Both the position numbers and the translations under genes were made by a program. From NCBI GenBank assembly GCA_002269645.1, contig NIVC01001158.1, positions 1-64,000 on the forward strand: a stretch of 64,000 nucleotides of DNA, written 5' to 3'. Source of the DNA: Macrostomum lignano. Taxonomy: Eukaryota. The notes beneath the pieces are model-generated. The model saw nothing but the letters and a program-made list of their open reading frames with translations, did no database searches and was not told the origin of the DNA. This document shows, piece after piece, positions 59,026 to 64,000 of the stretch; within the stretch, counting starts at the first letter, position 1, and every line of letters starts with the position of its first letter.

Positions 59026-59629
59026 GGATCTAGGTTTCACACTTTATTCACGTAAAAATTTTGCTTAATAGCATATTTGTTATGATTAAAAATTTTCACA
59101 AACGTCTTGCAATAAAAAATTTTTTTTTGCTTTCGTCAATCCTGAACAAGAAATTTTGATTGACAATCAGAAATTTCATTTCTGGTAACCTGTCTTCCCG
59201 GAAATTAACGAATTTCTGTGTCCGGAAGAGAGCCAGGAGGTCGGACCTCGGCTTGCAGTGTTGCCAGGAACAAAGGAGCAAAAATCTGACAACTTGCATC
59301 GGAACAGCTGATAGAAAATTTCATAGTCTCATTCCGGGAAACCATCACGGTTTGCGTGTGAAAGTGACTAGATAAGGCAAAACTGCCAGTCTGTCGGTTA
59401 CACCTGTCAACTTCAATTAATCAAACTGAGGATGGTAACTTTCCGCTTTGGTTATTCCTGTACCACTTTCTCTCTCCTCTCTCTCCGAGCGGTTGCCTGC
59501 AATTAGCCAAGCAAGCATTGCTCAGGTAAAAAGTAGATAAAAGTTGCCTAGAGAGGGACAGCCTGGATGCTATCCACTTTTTGGTGGTGGGTACAATATA
59601 AAACTGAAGCTGCTCAAAAAAAATACTCC

Positions 59630-60070
59630 GTGAATCTGTGAATCTCACTCTCTGTGAATCTCACTCTCTGTGAAGCTCTCTCTGTAAATCTCACTCTCTG
59701 TGAATCCCACTCTGTGATTCTCACTCTCTGTGATTCTTACTCTCTGTGAATCTCACTCTCTGTGAATCTCACTCTCTGTGAATCTCACTCTCTGTGAATC
59801 TCACTCCTATGTGAATCTCACTCTGTGAATATCACTCTCTGTGAATCTCTGAATCTCACTCTCTGTGAATCTCACTCTCTGTGAATCTCACTCCTATGTG
59901 AATCTCACTCTGTGAATATCACTCTCTGTGAATCTCTGAATCTCACTCTCTGTGAATCTCACTCTCTGTGAATCTCACTCTGTGTGAATCTCACTCTCTG
60001 TGAATCTCACTCTCTGTGAATCTCACTCTCTGTGGATCTCACTCTCTGTGAATTTCACTCTGTGAATTTC
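59630..60070. repeat. 16-bp minisatellite
   Basis: TCTGTGAATCTCACTC and variants. Confidence 0.95.
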
Positions 60071-60099
60071 ACTCGTTAGAATTCATGTCACAGTTGAGG

Positions 60100-60280
60100 T
60101 CCCAGTATTTCCCAATTTCACTACTGATATCCCAGTATTTCACAATCTCACTACTGATATCCCAGTATTTCACAATCTCACTACTGAGATCCCAGTATTT
60201 CACAATCTCACTACTGAGATCCCAGTATTTCACAATCTCACTACTGAGATCCCAGTATTTCACAATCTCACTACTGAGAA
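60100..60280. repeat. 30-bp minisatellite
   Basis: CTACTGAGATCCCAGTATTTCACAATCTCA, ~6 copies. Confidence 0.95.
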
Positions 60281-60798
60281 TCTTCATTCCTCAAATCTCG
60301 TTCCGAAGTATTTCAATCCTCAAAATCTCGCTCTTGAGAATTGTAAACATCAAAATCCACTCCTGGAGAATATTTTTTGTTAAATCTCGTTTCTAAGAAT
60401 TGCAATCTTAAAAATATCACTCCTGAGACCCTAGCCATGTGTTCGAATCTCTAGTTAGTTCACCGCTCGGAGCTCGTTAGACACAGACTGTCCTTAGCCA
60501 ACCAACTCCCAGCCAGCATCCCAGAGTTTGAGTCGAAATTGCATCCAGCCAATACGACCGCTGCATCCCAAGGAAGGATGGGTTGACACTTGGGATAAAA
60601 CCGCGGCAATCTTCACCGAGAAGACGCTGCTTCTTCTCCTCTAAAGCCTGAAATCTTCTTGAAGACTTTCTGTTTGCAACTCTTGCAGCAAATCAATTTC
60701 AAGGTAAAAGCTTTGGTTCCTGTCATGCACTAATAGCAAGTGCATACAAAAGGTTGACTCATATACCCACCGAATTTTCAGGCAAAAACTGTCAAAGC

Positions 60799-61363
60799 AT
60801 GAAGGTCGCCGCTATGATCGCTTTCATTGCTGTAGCAGTGTTGGTCACTGTTCAGCTCACAGGTCGGTTATACACCATCGATTGTTACTCGTATTAAAAT
60901 TGATTTGAAGTTCTAAGAAACCAATCGGTTTTGTTGCATCCCAGACGCCTCCCTGGTGGAGGAGGGTCCGAACAGCCATCAGATGTTCCGCTTCAAGAAG
61001 GGATTTCACTTCTTCCGACTGCGCAAATCTGCCGACGCTGCCCAGGGCTGCATGATTAACGACAACGCCTTGGAAGGGATGGAGATGGTGGTTGTGAGTT
61101 AAAACTGCTTCATTTACCCTGTCAACCATTTATCAATCAGAATGCAGCTTCTCGAGCGTCATCAGAACTGTATCAATAAATCAAATTCTAGGGCTGCTTT
61201 TAAAGGAACTGTCATGAAAGAGTTGTCAGACAGTAACTCAGTCAGTGCTAAACCGTAATCTTTCTTTTTCGTCGTTAATTTGCAGAAAGCGGCCCGCTCT
61301 GGAAAGCTGTGCAACCAGGACAAGCAGATGCTCAGGGTGTTCCTGGCCAGCTTGCTGCTGTGA
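60799..61363 (+). CDS. Secreted neuropeptide prohormone, 96 aa, 3 coding exons
   Basis: Exons 60799-60862, 60945-61093, 61286-61363 (GT-AG, total 291 nt) give MKVAAMIAFIAVAVLVTVQLTDASLVEEGPNSHQMFRFKKGFHFFRLRKSADAAQGCMINDNALEGMEMVVKAARSGKLCNQDKQMLRVFLASLLL. Signal-peptide-like N-terminus, KK/RK sites, AATAAA at 61451. Confidence 0.8.
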
Positions 61364-61789
61364 GCCGGCGCCTATACTCCTGAGGGACCCGACTCAATTA
61401 TTAAATGCTGGAGTAACCATGACAGAATTGACGCAGCCTAGCAAGGCACGAATAAAAAGGATTAGCCTTACAATCAGTTAATACCATCTCGTGTGTGATG
61501 CTTTTAAATTGTTGACACAATTATTATTAACTAAACGATCATGTTTAACTAAGAGGCTTTGAATAAATCTGAAAGTCAGTAAATTTCACTAATCAGTTAA
61601 TCGAGGTCGCGCGGATCCAAAAAACTGTTAATAATTGATTCAATTCTAAAAAAATCTGTTGTCTTAATATTCTTAGTTCTTTTGATAAATAGTTTGTTTT
61701 CAAAATCTATTAATTGTTAGAAAGCTTTCTATGAAAATTGTATTAATCAGACTATATTCTGAACTAAAGTTTAGACAGGCAGGTTCGGT

Positions 61790-62270
61790 GAAGACTGAAG
61801 CTTGGAAAGACAGGGTTTGTGAAGGCTGAAGCTTGGAAAGACAGACTGAAGATTTGAAAGACAGACTGAAGCTTAAAAAGACAGGATTTGTGAAGACTGA
61901 AGCTTTGAAAGACAGGATTTGTGAAGACTGAAGCTTTGAAAGACAGACTGAAGATTTGAAAGACAGACTGAAGCTTAAAAAGACAGGATTTGTGAAGACT
62001 GAAGCTTTAAAAGACAGACTGAATCTTTGAAAGACAGACTGAAGCTTAAAAAGACAGACTGAAGCTTAGAAAGACAGGATTGGTGAAGACTGAAGCTTAG
62101 AAAGACAGGTTTGGTGAAGACTGAAGCTTAGAAAGACAGACTGAAGCTTAGAAAGACAGGATTGGTGAAGACTGAAGCTTAGAAAGACAGGTTTGGTGAA
62201 GACTGAAGCTTAGAAGGACAGACTGAAGCTTAGAAAGACAGGATTGGTGAAGACTGAAGCTTAGAAAGTA
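61790..62270. repeat. Compound 20/33-bp minisatellite
   Basis: GACTGAAGCTTAGAAAGACA and GAAGACTGAAGCTTAGAAAGACAGGATTGGT units interleaved. Confidence 0.9.
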
Positions 62271-62729
62271 TTTATTTAATTTTGAAGGCCTGTCGATATT
62301 GTTTAAACAATCTGATACTTGTTATGTCAGTCACACCCTCTTAATCTCTAATTAAAATGCATACAAGTAGTGTTTGATCGCGTGTCATTATTAAATTTTC
62401 TAAACTCATTGGAACAGAGGTTGTAGACGCTAACTTTGTCTTGGATTTAGCTCGTATGTGTATACCGAATCACTTTATTTTAGGCCTATATACGGCTCGT
62501 ATCAGTTCTGTATACTTCTGTTCTGTGTACAGAGAATAAGGTTAGTTGATCAAAGCAACTGATGTTAACACGATCTTCCGTGCATCTACAAAAACTGTTT
62601 GCGAAATTTGTTAGTTTAACATTTAGCCCGTCCATGAAGATATAGTACTGTAGCATACCAGCCCTTCACAATGGAGAGAGAGCAGGGTTTTTGCTGTTTT
62701 TTACAAATTTTTGAGTGCCACTGTTTTTG

Positions 62730-63454
62730 GGTTAGGGTTTGGCTAGGGTTTGGTTAGGGTTTGGCTAGGGTTTGGCTAGGGTTTGGTTAGGGTTTGGTTA
62801 GGGTTTGGTTAGGGTTTGGATAGGTTTCGGTTAGGGTTTGGTTAGGGTTCGGTTAGGTTTTGGTTAGGGTTCGGTTAGGGTTTGGTTAGGGTTTGGTTAG
62901 GGTTTGGCTAGGGTTTGGTTAGGGTTTGGTTAGGGTTTGGATAGGGTTCGGTTAGGGTTTGGTTAGGGTTTGGTTAGGGTTTGGTTAGGGTTCGGTTAAG
63001 TTTTAGTTAGGGTTCGGTTAGGGTTTCGTTAGGGCTTCGTTAGGGTTTGGTTAGGGTTTGGCTAGGGTTTGGTTAGGGTTCGGTTAGGGTTTGGTTAGGG
63101 TTTGGTTAGGGTTTGGTTAGGGTTAGGGTTAAGGTTTGGTTAAGGTTTGGTTAGGGTTTGGTTAGGGTTTGGTTAGGGTTTGGTTAGGGTTTGGTTAGGA
63201 TTTGGTTAGGATTTAGTTAGAGTTTGGTTAGGGTTTGGTTAGGGTTCGGTTAGGGTTTGGTTAGGGTTTGGTTAGGGTTTGGTTAGGGTTAGGGTTAAGG
63301 TTTGGTTAGGGTTTGGTTAGGGTTTGGTTAGGGTTTGGTTAGGGTTTTGTTAGGATTTGGTTAGGATTTAGTTAGAGTTTGGTTAGGGTTTGGTTAGGGT
63401 TTGGTTAGGGTTTTGTTAGGGTTTGGTTAGGGTTTGGTTAGGGTTTGGTTAGGG
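62730..63454 (+). repeat. Interstitial telomere-like array (TTAGGGTTTGG)n, ~65 units
   Basis: 11-nt unit containing TTAGGG; unique sequence on both sides. Confidence 0.95.
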
Positions 63455-64000
63455 TCAAACTGGGCCAGTTAACAGCCGGAGACTCTATAGTTTTTTACTA
63501 TTAAAGACCCCTTCAGCTTAGTTTTGAAAGAAATACTTTTTTATATTAATGAATTTTTTTCAAATTTATTGATGAAAAACTGCAATGCAGGCAAAATAAG
63601 AATATTCATATTTTTTCTGGCAAATTTATGGCCTAAAATTTATTATCCTCACTGGGTAAGGTAATATGATTATAACTCATGACAGACGATTCGCCACTAT
63701 GAAATATGCTCATATCTAAGCTCTAGTTAGTTTTTCTTTTTGCATAAAAGACATGCACGGCGATCCAACATTAGCCTAATAATTGCTTGACCAAATTCAA
63801 TGAAGTCCTGAGTTGAACTCAAGCTTGTTTGCGAATGTGCTTTTCAAGGAAAAACAGAGAGGGTTATTATAATAGCTGGCTAATCGAAATTCAGCAGGTA
63901 AAAACGGATTAAGAGAAATTTTTATTTTTAGATGAATTGTCGGCTAATGCATTTCGCTTCCGTACCTGACAGAACCAAAAGGACTGTAGACCTCTGCTGG

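Noticed and set aside
57712-59068. Cys/His-rich metallothionein-like ORF (CSICDSH)n and overlapping ORFs
   Set aside because: Translation of a stop-free 21-bp satellite; no non-repetitive coding context or splice signals.
62730-63454. A true chromosome end
   Set aside because: More than 500 bp of unique sequence follows the array.

Overview
Animal nuclear DNA; the spliceosomal introns, kettin-like gene and neuropeptide precursor suggest an invertebrate, possibly a flatworm (inference). Positions 1-47.4 kb are a dense, nested cluster of Polinton/Maverick (adintovirus-like) elements from several families, mixed with DIRS/Ngaro, hAT, Ty3/Gypsy and mariner elements. After a ~700-N gap come host sequences: a kettin/titin-like Ig-repeat gene (minus strand, ~48.1-56.8 kb), several minisatellites, a 3-exon neuropeptide precursor (60799-61363) and an interstitial (TTAGGGTTTGG)n array. 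The strongest finding is a structurally complete 301-nt group I (IC1-type) self-splicing intron (45236-45536). It interrupts the Ca-binding loop of a Polinton phospholipase A2 gene, ends in A rather than G, and lies just downstream of an HNH endonuclease gene. The second is a 10.5-kb element (30380-40909) with a perfect 6-bp TSD. It looks like a copy-back defective Polinton genome: 2.6-kb inverted arms, ACTACT termini, a PC4-like gene, and a spliceosomal-intron-containing pPolB cut just before catalytic motif C. All protein calls are by-eye motif recognition; no searches or folding programs were run.
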